A stretch of 63,701 nt of DNA, filler included, from Octopus bimaculoides (GCF_001194135.2; 11 parts of 11 records of this genome joined end to end with filler, not necessarily neighbours in it); one strand, 5' to 3'. Counted from the first letter of the whole stretch, positions 50,231 through 62,759 are shown. Notes: a model not told the origin generated them from the letters alone. Numbers and translations are program-made.

Positions 50231-51165
50231 TCATTAGAAAGCAATTAAAACTCATTGTCCAAAAGTAGCTAGCTGAGTCTTTATATGTTATGTACGAAAT
50301 GATAACTATTAGTTATCTGTCGAACAGTATTATAAAAGCAGAGAAAAGAAAGCTGCACGCAACTACATTCACTATTGGTGCCAGAATTTTGTTTTCTCTG
50401 TTTCACAAGTAACACTTTATGGAAAGATGAGAACATCGCCTAACGCCTGCTGTCAAGACATGACGGCCGGAAAACGAAGGAGACATTGCCAGTAGTAATA
50501 TTTTTCGAGATATGACGATGGTTAGAAAATGGATGAAAGTCAAGGGCAGAAAGAGGTCGAAGTAGTTAGCGAATAGAAATAGGAGAATTAAAAGCGAGCC
50601 AAGGCTGAACACAACAAACGCACAAGAATATAATTAATACAGTTTAACAAAATGCTGGAATCTGAAACAGGTGCATACATATCTAAGAGCACTTAAACGG
50701 TAATTAGCCAGGAAGTACAAAGATAAGAAACGTGTAATTCTTGAAGAAGAACATGTAAGAATGCAACATGTTGAATCCAACACCAAGAATGCTTACGGGC
50801 ACTTTCAGGACACACAATTCCCAACACAATCAACCGAAGTGTCATATATGTATTGTAATAGTCACACCAAGTTCCTATGTTCTCGATATGGATGTGAGCT
50901 GTCTTGACTTTTGTTTATTTCATTGTATATCCATCTCTGTCCATTTTTGTAATACATATATATATATGTATCTGCGTATGTATGCGCACATCTCACTTTC
51001 TCTCCATATATATGTGTGTGTGTGTACTCTTATTCAAAATGATGTGCTTAACTATTGTGTTCCTCTGACATTTTATTTACAAATATCAGACTTCATGCAT
51101 TATTCCGTACTGATCTATATTATTTATGTGTGATGTTTTATTTATTAATTATTAACACTATTAGA

Positions 51166-51270
51166 AAGGTGGCGATCTCGCAGCACGTCTCGCACAATGC
51201 TTAGCAGTGCTTCGTTCGTCTTTACGTTCCGAGTTCGAGTAACGCCTAATTTGACTTTGCCTTTTAGCAA
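51166..51270 (+). mobile_element. SINE family B fragment, diverged
   Basis: ATGCTTAGCAG...GTCTTTACGTTCCGAGTTCGAG...GACTTTGCCTTT. Confidence 0.65.
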
Positions 51271-51534
51271 AGCTAGAGATTCTCAAATAATTTTCAGTTC
51301 ATTATAAATGCTCTTACAACCATTGGTTTTCAAACTGTCATGAGATGCTACATAATTTTCAGTTTCAGTGAGTAGATATTCATATTTTCAGAGCTTGTCA
51401 AATTCCTCAACCCGATTATATAACAAGGGATACTAACATAGATTATTAAACAGACTTTACGATTTAGGTTTTTAAGGCCGGGAGCTGGCAGAATCGTTAG
51501 CACGCCGGACGAAATACTTAGCGGTATTTCGTCT

Positions 51535-53465
51535 CCGTGAGATTTCTGGTCGGACGTGTTATTACTCGCTGCGGTTTATTCTAGTATAACGCCACTATTG
51601 TTTGGTGGGCGTTGCTGAGATGGAGAAAATGAAGACGTATGCAGCAGCGACGGGGAGTCGAGCTTCCGTCGTCCCAGGCCTGTTGAAGCAATATGAAATA
51701 CATTGGAATGAAGACATGGCTAAGAAGGTTGGAAAATATAAAGAAATGATAAAGAAGGAGGGGCCAAACGTAAAGTTGACCCCATCAGAGGAGGAAAAGA
51801 GGAAAATGGAAATTGGAGTCGTGGAATATAAATCCTTTTCAAAGAAAAATAAAAGAATAGAGAGTGCAACGAAGGAGGAGGTGGAGGAGTGTTTGAAGGA
51901 ATTGCAAGAAGATGTGTCGTTTTTTACAAGAGGCAAGACATACGCGTCTGTAGAAATAACATTTGTATCGGAGGAGGCAGCAAAAAAATACGCCAATAAA
52001 ACACTAGCCAAGGGAAACTGGATGCTCTTTCCCAATAAGTTGGGTAGACGTCCAACGTGGGTTAGAGTGGGTAGGATCCCACCGAAAATAGAGTTGGAAT
52101 GGGTAATGGCAACAGTTTTTCCTGAAAGAGGAGAAGATGTAAGGATAATTATGATAAGCAGAACCCAACAAATAAATTGCTGGGGATATGGATTGGCAGT
52201 GCTTTTTATGGCAAGTCAGAGAGTTTACAGTGACATACCGGAGACACTGGAACTGCCTAACGAGGACAAACTGGACATAATGTTGGAGGGGAGACCTCCA
52301 AAGTGCTACGAATGTGGCAAAAGAGGTCACATTAGAAGAAGGTGCCCAGAAATAATGGAAAACAAAGAAATGGAAACGCAAGAAGGCGTGATAGAGGAGA
52401 GGAAACAGTCACAAGAAGAAGAACAGAGAGCTGATTTTGAGGAAGCTAAATCAAGGAAGAGAGAAAGGAGGGGCTCATCGCCGAAAGTCGAAAAAGGGAA
52501 AAAATGCAAATCACAGGATCAAGTGGGATTACTGAGGAAAGAAGATAATAGCGGCAGAACATTACCACAGAACCATACAGTCTCACAATAGCACTGACAG
52601 ACAGATACACAGATGCATAAACACACAGACATACATACACTCGGAAGCGAAGAAGATAACGCAGAGTTGCAGAAACCTAAAAGCACGGAACCTGAAAACA
52701 CAGACACAGAGACAGACTTACAGTCACATAAACATGCAGAACCACAGATAGATAAACACACAGATATACAGTCACAAAGAAATATAGAAGAACAGACGCA
52801 TGGTAGTACAGAATCATAAAAACAAAAAAATAACAGACATACAGACGCAGGAGGTACATAGGAACGGCATATATTCGATGCCATATCGATACACACAAAA
52901 AATAGAGAAGAAGATATCCAAAATAAAAGACATTGTCAAAGTGGACCTCTCGGACCGTTGCGATAAGGAGGCGAGATGGATTTTAATAGCAAAAGAAAAG
53001 GATAACAAATTGAAAGAGGCTTTCCCGACAGATATAAACCCACTGGGGCCCGAGGGGTATTTCGAACCCAGCGCTCCAGTGGTGAACTACGAGGAAATAA
53101 AAGATTATATAAAATGGTGAGTAGTTTTATCTTGGATAAATTAATTGAGATAATTTTGAAAAGAATTATCGAAGACTGTGAAAGGAACTATTGAGAACTG
53201 TTNNNNNNNNNNTATATAAAATGGTGAGTAGTTTTATCTTGGATAAATTAATTGAGATAATTTTGAAAAGAATTATCGAAGACTGTGAAAGGAACTATTG
53301 AGAACTGTTGAAATAATTGAAATAACGCGGCCGCCCCGGGGTGGGGCTGGGGTGGCGGTCCCATCATTGTTTAATTTCATTGTTCCATTCTATCATGTGT
53401 TAATTGACCCCGCATGTGTGTATTGTCCCATCTGTGTTTAGCCCCTTGTGGGTAATACAGAAATT
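51535..53465 (+). mobile_element. ORF1-only Tx1/L1-like non-LTR retroelement with 12-bp TSD
   Basis: Flanked by GGTATTTCGTCT at 51523-51534 and 53466-53477; short 5'UTR, gag-like ORF with CCHC knuckle, 3'UTR with G-rich block and AATACA; no endonuclease/RT; ~1824 bp after removing the 97-bp assembly overlap and the 10-N gap. Confidence 0.8.
51620..52591 (+). CDS. LINE ORF1-like nucleic-acid-binding protein with CCHC zinc knuckle
   Basis: First ATG 51620; CYECGKRGHIRRRC (CX2CX4HX4C) preceded by ...PETLELPNEDKLDIMLEGRPPK, typical of L1/Tx1 ORF1; same frame resumes after TAG/TGA to 52819, then a shifted frame runs to 53120. Confidence 0.8.
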   Translation: MEKMKTYAAATGSRASVVPGLLKQYEIHWNEDMAKKVGKYKEMIKKEGPNVKLTPSEEEKRKMEIGVVEYKSFSKKNKRIESATKEEVEECLKELQEDVSFFTRGKTYASVEITFVSEEAAKKYANKTLAKGNWMLFPNKLGRRPTWVRVGRIPPKIELEWVMATVFPERGEDVRIIMISRTQQINCWGYGLAVLFMASQRVYSDIPETLELPNEDKLDIMLEGRPPKCYECGKRGHIRRRCPEIMENKEMETQEGVIEERKQSQEEEQRADFEEAKSRKRERRGSSPKVEKGKKCKSQDQVGLLRKEDNSGRTLPQNHTVSQ

Positions 53466-54615
53466 GGTATTTCGTCTGCGGCCACGTTGTGTGTTCAAAT
53501 TCCGCAGAGGTTGACCTGGCCTTCCATCCTTACGGGGTCGATAAAACAAATACTATACAAATGGTGCTATTCTATCGATAATGTCCATTGAATGTTAACA
53601 AAGTGACTAATCATATTAAAAAAACTTCCCCTGTCTCCCTGCAAGTTTCCAGACTAAAATATTTCACAGGCATGAAATTTCGAGTTGCGACAAGTTAATC
53701 AGAGGGAATATGTCTGTGCATTGTTGTGAGAGTGTGTTTGACACTATACCTGTGTATTTTATACATAATTATGCTTCGAACGGTACAGCTCGAAGTCAAT
53801 AAAACTATTAAAGATATGTGTAACTATGGGACCACAAAACGTTCGCTTAAATGAAAGTCCAAGGCTGAGTTATCCTTTCGAAGATTATAAATTCTGAAGG
53901 CGGCAACAATATCTATCTGTTGTGTGTGTATATACATACACACATACATACATACACATATACACATACACCTACCAAACACGTGCGCGCACACACATAT
54001 ATTCATGCAGACAAAGTGAAAAACACGTGTCTTGGGATCACTACGAACGTCACTCATTTCGGTAATGAAAAAACGTAATTTTTTTTTTGTTATTCAAACA
54101 TATTCTCGTTTTGTTTACGTTGAAAGTAAAATTTCCTTCCAGCTATAAATGACAACACCTAGCGTAAATGCAGAAAACAATAATAGAAATGAGAATGAAA
54201 TACGCAGCAGGACCTAAGAATTTATGACATAAAGAAATAAAACCTTTTTAAAATACAGCGATAATACACCTCGATCACTTTAAGTGATACACTAAAAAAA
54301 ACCCAGCTAAATGTACATTTTTCACAAACGTTGACGCTGCTTGACAAATTATTGATAAAGATAATTCCGATTTGCTGTGACGCCAGTTGAAAGTACAAGT
54401 AAATCGTAAAATGCACTACATTATGGAAAATAAATAATTAAAAAAACTTGGTAGAATTTTATTGACAAGTATGTGTCACCCAGCGCTCTTCACCCGAATG
54501 GGCAAGTAAATATAACTCGCGTGCCATTTCATAGCCAGCAGGTAAAACAGGTTTCTTTATAAATCTGTCCAATATATGCGGCGATATTTCCTTAACAAAG
54601 GATATATGAAACAGT

Positions 54616-54989
54616 GGCACTCCGTCGCTTACAACGACGAGTGTTCCAGTTGATCCCATCAACGGAACAGCCTGCTCGTGAAATTAACGTGCAAGTGGTT
54701 GAGCACCCCACAGACACGTGTATCCTTAACGTAGTTCCCAAGGAGATTCAGCGTGAGTGTGACAACGCTGGCCCTTCGAAATACAGGTACAACAGAAACA
54801 GGAAGAAAGAGTGAGAGAAAGTTGTAGTGAAAGAGTACAGTATGGTTCACCATCATCCCCTGCCGGAGCCTTGTGGAGCTTTAGGTGTTTTCGCTCAACG
54901 AACACTCACAACGCCCGGTCTCGGAATCGAAACCGCGATCCTACGACCATGAGTCCGCTGCCCTAATCAATGTGCCATTGCGCCTCCAC
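54616..54989 (-). mobile_element. SINE family C with TSD
   Basis: Near-identical to 18579-18954; 13-bp TSD TATATGAAACAGT at 54603-54615 and 54990-55002. Confidence 0.92.
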
Positions 54990-56083
54990 TATATGAAACA
55001 GTAGACACTATCAAAATAAGACCGGAATGAAGATGCCTGTGGTTAATGTCGTGAAAAATGTCCTATACACAAATACATCGGAATGATAGTCTTGGATGTA
55101 TGTAACATGACTGAAACTTGTCCCGTGATTACGTGGGACAGAAAAAATTGTAAGTGAACAACGGGATAAATAAATGCAACATTATAATAGTAGGAGTTTC
55201 AATTTAGATACAAGACCTTGTAACGATCACACACCACATAGCTATTCTTTATCTGTGACATCAAACGTATGCATAAAACAAAAGAATGAAATTAAACAAA
55301 ACATGTAGACTGGAGGTTTAACGTGTGCACATGCGTGAGGTTAAAGAAATTCGATGATACCCTCCCTGGAAGAAATTAAGAAGTGAAGATCGAAGAAAGA
55401 GAGAGAGAGAGAGCTTTAAAAGCAGCACTTTCTATTACCCACTATTTCCAGAGCGTAACTTTCCCAAGATCCGAGGATGTCCCACCATTCTATTTGCTAT
55501 TCCTTGTCTAAAAATACCATGATCATCCTCCTTTTTATTAACTACCTATATATGATGGCCTCATATATAAATATCTCAAAATATAAATAATAATAATTAA
55601 GGATTCCCTTATTGTAGTAAAGGATTTTTTTTATTGTTGTAAATATTATAGGTTCGATACTTATTGATTTACTCAGTCGGTTCATTGATCGGTTGAAAAA
55701 AACAGAATGACCTAAAAAATTAATGCTACTCTCATCAGAGTCATTATGTGTGTATATATTTATATATAACAACCATGTATGTATATATAAAAAAGAACTA
55801 CATTTGCTTTTAGAAACCTCGAATGGGTATCGTAAGATACAGACAAGAAAGGGATATTTCGAAAGTAGCATCGCCCCTAAAACAGCAAAAATGTTAGGTA
55901 TTATTACCGTTACAGAGCAGGGAAAATTGCAGCCAACAGCCATGGGAATCGAGACCACATTCTCCAAGATACCGGCTGAGTGCTTTAACCATTAACAACA
56001 AACAGCGCCGATTTTCAACGCGAAATAGATAGCTTTTAGAAATATAACCCGTGTTACGTGAGCCATCATATATATAAATATAT

Positions 56084-56183
56084 NNNNNNNNNNNNNNNNN
56101 NNNNNNNNNNNNNNNNNNNNNNNNNNNTTAATTAATTAANNNNNNNNNNNNNNNNNNNNNNNNNNNNNNNNNNNNNNNNNNNN
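56084..56183. other. Artificial scaffolding linker
   Basis: N44-TTAATTAATTAA-N44. Confidence 0.95.
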
Positions 56184-57947
56184 ACGTACGTACGTACATA
56201 CATACGTAGATACGTACGTACGTAGTACATATATACGTAGTTACGTGCGTACGTACATACATACGTAGTTACGTACGTATGTACATTTATACGTAGTTAC
56301 GTACGTACGTACATACATACGTAATTACGTACGTACATATATACGTACATACATACATACGTACGTACGTACGTATATACGTATTTACGTACGCACGTAC
56401 ATACACACCTAGTTACGTACGTACGTACATACGTACGTAGTTACGTACCTACGTACATACATACGTTGTTACGAATGTACGTACATACATACGTATATAC
56501 CTACGTACATACATACGTAGTTACGTACGTACATANNNNNNNNNNACATACGTATATACCTACGTACATACATACGTAGTTACGTACGTACATAAAAACG
56601 TAATTACGTACGTACGTATATACATACGTTGTAACGTACGTACTAACATACATACGTAGTTACGTACGTAGGTACGTACGTAGGTACGTACATACATAGG
56701 TAGTTACGTACATACGTACATGCATACATACGTAATAACGTACGTACGTGCATACATACTTAGATACGTACGTACGTACATACATACGTAGTTACGTACG
56801 TACGCACGTACATACATACGTAGTTACGTACGTAGTACTTACATTCATAATTACGTACGTACATACATACGTAAATACGTACGTACGTTCATTCATACGT
56901 AGTTACGTACGTACGTACATACATATCTAGTTACGTACGTATATACATACGTAGTTACGTACGTACATACATACATACGTAGCTACGTACGTACGTACAT
57001 TAATTTGTAGTTTCGTACGTACATACATACGTTGTTACGTACGAACGTATATACATACGTTCTAACGTAGGTACGAACATACATACGTAGTAACGTACGT
57101 AGGTACGTACATACATACGTATTTACGTACGCACGTACATGCATACATACGTAATTACGTTTGTACGTACATACATACATACCTAGTTACGTACATACGT
57201 ACGTGCATAACTTCNNNNNNNNNNCGTACATACATACATACCTAGTTACGTACATACGTACGTGCATAACTTCGTAGTTACGTACGTACATACATACGTA
57301 GTTACGTACGTACATATGTACGTAGTTACGTACGTACGTACGTAGTACATACATACGTAGTAACCTTCGTACGTACATACATACGTAATTACGCACGTAC
57401 GTACGTACATACATTCGTAGTTACCTACGTACGTACGTACATACATACGTAATTATGTACGTACATACATACGTAATTACGTACGTACATACATACGTAC
57501 GTACATTCATACGTTGTTACGTACGTACGTACATACATACGTAGATACGTTCGTACATACATACGTAGTTACGTACGTACATACATACGTAGATACGTAC
57601 GTACATACATACGTAGTTACGTACGTACGTACATTCATACGTANNNNNNNNNNTACGTACGTACGTACATACATAGTTACGTACGTACGTACATACATAC
57701 GTAGTTACGTACGTACGTACGTATATACATACCTAGTTACGTACGTACGTACATACATACGTAATTACGTACGTACGTATATACATACATACGTACATAC
57801 ATACGTAGTTACGTACGTAGATGCATACGTAGTTACGTACGTACGTACATACATACGTAGTTGCATACGTACATACATACGTAGTTACGTACGTACATAT
57901 ATACGTAACTACGTACGTACGTACGTACATACATACGTAGTTATGCA
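56184..57947. repeat. CpG-rich minisatellite built from ACGT/ACAT tetramers (unit ~TACGTAGTTACGTACGTACATACA)
   Basis: Direct reading; occupies a whole linker-bounded segment. Confidence 0.95.
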
Positions 57948-58047
57948 NNNNNNNNNNNNNNNNNNNNNNNNNNNNNNNNNNNNNNNNNNNNTTAATTAAT
58001 TAANNNNNNNNNNNNNNNNNNNNNNNNNNNNNNNNNNNNNNNNNNNN
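57948..58047. other. Artificial scaffolding linker
   Basis: N44-TTAATTAATTAA-N44. Confidence 0.95.
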
Positions 58048-59478
58048 ATGTACATCTGTAAACGTGTATCTGTGAGGTTCTGCGTGTGTGTGTATGTATT
58101 TGTGTTTGTGTGTGTGTGTGTGTGCATGTGACTACAAACTTGTATCTGTGTATGTTTCTCTGCACATATGCTTGTGTGTGTATATATATGTGTGTGTGTG
58201 TGAGTGTATGCTACAGTGTATGTGTGTGCATTTCATTACATGCATGTGCATATACATGCACATGCGCTGCTGCATACATGCGTATGTATGTGTAGTTGCA
58301 AGCATGTCTCTGAATATGTGTATGTCTGCGAGTGCATCTTTTTATGTATGTATGAGTCTGTATGTATGCACAAATACCTCCATATGGGTTGTGTATATAT
58401 ATATATATGCGTGTGTGTGTGTGTATATGCACATATATACATATATATATATAAACAACACATGCACTTGTGTTTCTGCAGATGCAAATGCAAGTGGTTG
58501 TCTATGCATACATACATGTATGCATGTATGCTTCTTTTCCAGCCTCTCTGCATGTATATGTATGTGTGCACATGCATTCATAACAGGACAGTAATCATTT
58601 GTGAATGTTTTCTATGCAGGTGTGTGTGTGTGTGTGTGNNNNNNNNNNNNNNNNNNNNNNNNNNNNNNNNNNNNNNNNNNNNNNNNNNNNNNNNNNNNNN
58701 NNNNNNNNNNNNNNNNNNNNNNNNNNNNNNNNNNNNNNNNNNNNNNNNNNNNNNNNNNNNNNNNNNNNNNNNNNNNNNNNNNNNNNNNNNNNNNNNNNNN
58801 NNNNNNNNNNNNNNNNNNNNNNNNNNNNNNNNNNNNNNNNNNNNNNNNNNNNNNNNNNNNNNNNNNNNNNNNNNNNNNNNNNNNNNNNNNNNNNNNNNNN
58901 NNNNNNNNNNNNNNNNNNNNNNNNNNNNNNNNNNNNNNNNNNNNNNNNNNNNNNNNNNNNNNNNNNNNNNNNNNNNNNNNNNNNNNNNNNNNNNNNNNNN
59001 NNNNNNNNNNNNNNNNNNNNNNNNNNNNNNNNNNNNNNNNNNNNNNNNNNNNNNNNNNNNNNNNNNNNNNNNNNNNNNNNNNNNNNNNNNNNNNNNNNNN
59101 NNNNNNNNNNNNNNNNNNNNNNNNNNNNNNNNNNNNNNNNNNNNNNNNNNNNNNNNNNNNNNNNNNNNNNNNNNNNNNNNNNNNNNNNNNNNNNNNNNNN
59201 NNNNNNNNNNNNNNNNNNNNNNNNNNNNNNNNNNNNNNNNNNNNNNNNNNNNNNNNNNNNNNNNNNNNNNNNNNNNNNNNNNNNNNNNNNNNNNNNNNNN
59301 NNNNNNNNNNNNNNNNNNNNNNNNNNNNNNNNNNNNNNNNNNNNNNNNNNNNNNNNNNNNNNNNNNNNNNNNNNNNNNNNNNNNNNNNNNNNNNNNNNNN
59401 NNNNNNNNNNNNNNNNNNNNNNNNNNNNNNNNNNNNNNNNNNNNNNNNNNNNNNNNNNNNNNNNNNNNNNNNNNNNNG

Positions 59479-59960
59479 GTGGTGGTGGTGGTGGTGGTGC
59501 TGATGATGATGATGATGATGATGATGACATTGATGATGATGACGTAGATGCTGCTGCTGAATGCTGGTGATGATTATAATGAAGATGATGAAGATAACTG
59601 TGTTGAAGATGATAATGATGATGATGCTGAAAGTGACGATGATGATGATGATGACAGCACCAACAAGGGGTATTTATGTGGTGGTATCGATTGTAATGAG
59701 GATAAATTGATGATAGTGATGATGACGATGATGATGATGATGACGATGATGATGATGATGACGATGCTATGATGATGACGATGCTATGATGATGACGATG
59801 CTATGATGATGACGATGCTATGATGATGATGGCAAAGGTAATTTTAGTCATGAAGATGGTGAGGATGATGATAAAGATGCTTAAGCAGTAGTGATGAAAA
59901 TGATGATGATGATGATGATGGTTGTAATGATTCTGCTAATGATGTTGATGATAATTAATA
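59479..59960. repeat. (GGT)n/(GAT)n trinucleotide field with 18-bp GATGATGACGATGCTATG repeats
   Basis: Direct reading. Confidence 0.9.
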
Positions 59961-60072
59961 AAATGTGTGTAAGAAGAAACAAGAATGGGCTAATGGTTAA
60001 GAAAATTGCTTTGCCATCATAAGGCTGCGGTTTCAATCCTATAGAGTGGCACCATGAGCCGAAGTTTTGTAC

Positions 60073-60135
60073 CAGGTGTGGCTGTGTGGTGAGTAGCTTG
60101 CTTCCCAACTACATAGTTCTGGGTTCCAATCCCAC
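60073..60135 (+). mobile_element. SINE family A head fragment
   Basis: CAGGTGTGGCTGTGTGGTGAGTAGCTTGCTTCCCAACTACATAGTTCTGGGTTC. Confidence 0.8.
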
Positions 60136-60277
60136 CAGGAGTTTACATGGTGGCTTAACCTGCAAGAAATAACAGCAAGATACGATGACGACGACGACCA
60201 CCACCACCACCACTACCAAGTAAACCACCTCCAATGAAACCACCAACAGCAATGCCACCAATGCCGCCGCCACCGCC

Positions 60278-60377
60278 NNNNNNNNNNNNNNNNNNNNNNN
60301 NNNNNNNNNNNNNNNNNNNNNTTAATTAATTAANNNNNNNNNNNNNNNNNNNNNNNNNNNNNNNNNNNNNNNNNNNN
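60278..60377. other. Artificial scaffolding linker
   Basis: N44-TTAATTAATTAA-N44. Confidence 0.95.
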
Positions 60378-60432
<55 letters not shown>

Positions 60433-61798
60433 TAAATATATCAGTATAGTTTTATATACGCTAAGTATGAATTAATTGAGATACAAAGATTTGCTTAATT
60501 TACTTAATTTATATCTTAATTTGTATCTATGTATGTATGTGTATTTGTATGTATGTATGTATGTATGTATGTATGTTAGCGTTGTTAGAGTATATTCTCA
60601 GTGACAATTGTTCCGAAGCTACTAAAATGCAAATTGAAATATAGGTATAAAAACGAAGACAGAAAAACAGTTAAGTTAAAGTATAAGCTGTCGTTCTGTT
60701 TTCCTTTCTTCTTTTTCTACTACATTATTTCAATTTGCATTGTATTAGCCTGTTTTGAATTCACGAGCAGTGAGAGAACTCAATCTCCATGATAAAAGCA
60801 AATATATTCTTTTTGCAGTGTATATGACACGATCGTAGATATGCTGGTTACCATTGGTTTCTCGTGTGAAACAAAGTCTACTTAGCCTATTACAAATGTA
60901 AGAAGTCCTACGTAGATTAAGGTTACAAGGCAATGCAGCTTTAGTAAGTTATAATTACACATCTTATATAGTTATAAGTTTTAAAAAAATTACATACACA
61001 CACACACATGCACTCCTATAATCAAACAGTGGTTGTGATGCCTATCTCCTTTCGGTAGTTTTCCTAGAAATTTTCGTCACACTATTCCCGTGGCCTTTCT
61101 GACGGGATGAATTTACTTGCATCTTATGCTCTTGAGTCGCACCTCTATAAAAAAACACCCTACATGTGAGCTGTTGTGATGCTGTTATAATTACTTTATC
61201 ATTTTCTATGCTTGTATTTCTTGTGGCTAACAGAAGAATCTCAGTGTCTGTGTATAACGTTGACTTTAATTTATTTCGATCTTATTGTATCTTTATTTTT
61301 GTGCCACTATGATGGTAAGTGGTGGTTGTGAGAATGTATTACTCCAATCTTTCTGTTGAACGTGTCTGTTGATGATGGGGTTCCAAATTTGTTTCCTGTA
61401 TTCGTACACACTCTGTAATATGTTGTAATGTTGGGTCTTTTTGATGTGTGGAAAGTATTTTTTACTTCAACTTATTTTATCGATCCACTGTGCGTCTATA
61501 TGGCATTTTGGCAGAACATGTATATTACCCTTTTTTCATTGTATTCCTATCACTAATCTGCAATCGTTTCAGCTATACTACTGGCCGTTTCTCCTATATA
61601 GGTTGTGATCATGTCTCTACATTACTCTTCCATGCATCTCATGTATTACACGACATTTCTAGTTTTGTATTTTATGTGAGTTGGTCCTACATATTTCGCA
61701 GCTGTTGCATGCACAAGGTTATTCTCAAATGAGTATGACTTACATAATTAGTCACTTGAAGGATCTGCATGCTTATTTTTGTGCTCCTTTCATTTTAA

Positions 61799-62030
61799 AT
61801 GGATTTGGTTGACGAAAACTTAAAGAAGCCCGTCGTACAAATATATATCCATATATGTCAGTATATGTGTGTCTGTGTTTGTCACCCACATCCCACCATC
61901 ACCACCATTTGTTTACGTCAACGTTGCTTATCAGTGACCGATAGAATAAATACCGGGTTTTAAAAAAGTAGTGGGGACTGGGGTTGATTCGCACGAGGGC
62001 GGTGCACCAGCATGAAACAAGTAAAAGATA
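61799..62030 (+). mobile_element. SINE family A, degraded 3' two-thirds
   Basis: GGATTTGGTTGACGAAAACTTAAAGAAGCCCGTCG...GGCGGTGCACCAGCATGAAACAAGTAAAAGA. Confidence 0.75.
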
Positions 62031-62181
62031 TAGATACATATATGTTTGTGTATGCACAATATATACATGTATATGTATCTATTTATGTATGTATGTATGT
62101 ATGTATGTATGTATGTATGTATGTATGTATGTATGTATGTATGTATGTATCTATCTATCTATCTATCTGTCTATCTATCTA

Positions 62182-62229
<48 letters not shown>

Positions 62230-62424
62230 ACAATATATGTATATATATATATATATGAATCCACACACACGCTACACATCTAATAAGAACAAGAAAAGGG
62301 AAAGAAAAGAGAGCTAGTTTACGGAAGCTATTGAACGAGGGTTTGTGAGGTGAGACAATCAATTAGCTTGACCAAAAGAGATGGAACAGCCGGACAGGGC
62401 GGAGGAAATAGTGGTGCCGGTCCT

Positions 62425-62524
62425 NNNNNNNNNNNNNNNNNNNNNNNNNNNNNNNNNNNNNNNNNNNNTTAATTAATTAANNNNNNNNNNNNNNNNNNNN
62501 NNNNNNNNNNNNNNNNNNNNNNNN
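62425..62524. other. Artificial scaffolding linker
   Basis: N44-TTAATTAATTAA-N44. Confidence 0.95.
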
Positions 62525-62551
62525 ATTATTACAATCATTATTATTATTACG

Positions 62552-62587
<36 letters not shown>

Positions 62588-62726
62588 ATTGCTGTAGTAT
62601 ATTTTGTAAAATCCTAGTCAATACATCTTTTAAATAAATTTTACTCAATTTTGAGGCCCTCAAACGTTCCAAAATTTTCCAGTCATACGTAAACGTACTT
62701 CAACTAATAACTTTCATGTTAGCTTT

Positions 62727-62759
<33 letters not shown>

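Larger units (their letters stand above)
51476..53555 (+). mobile_element. SINE family B copy split by the Tx1-like insertion
   Basis: 5' part 51476-51534 (A box TGGCAGAATCG at 51486-51496); 3' part 53466-53555 (B box GTTCAAATTCC at 53493-53503, then GAGGTTGACCTGGCCTTCCATCCTTACGGGGTCGATAAA). Confidence 0.9.

Noticed and set aside
51595-52896. Antisense ORFs over the ORF1 region
   Set aside because: Shadow frames of purine-rich ORF1 sequence
53106-53309. 97-bp tandem duplication in the Tx1-like 3'UTR
   Set aside because: Exact copies flanking a 10-N gap; unmerged overlap (same pattern at ~56490-56595 and ~57160-57275)
54459-54662. 67-aa minus-strand ORF
   Set aside because: Begins inside a SINE-C tail; no recognisable domain
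56184-57947. CRISPR-like array
   Set aside because: No unique spacers; simple tetramer-derived satellite in a eukaryote
59548-59772. Asp-rich ORF (possible biomineralisation-type protein)
   Set aside because: Lies in a (GAT)n field next to a gap, with no signal peptide or splice context
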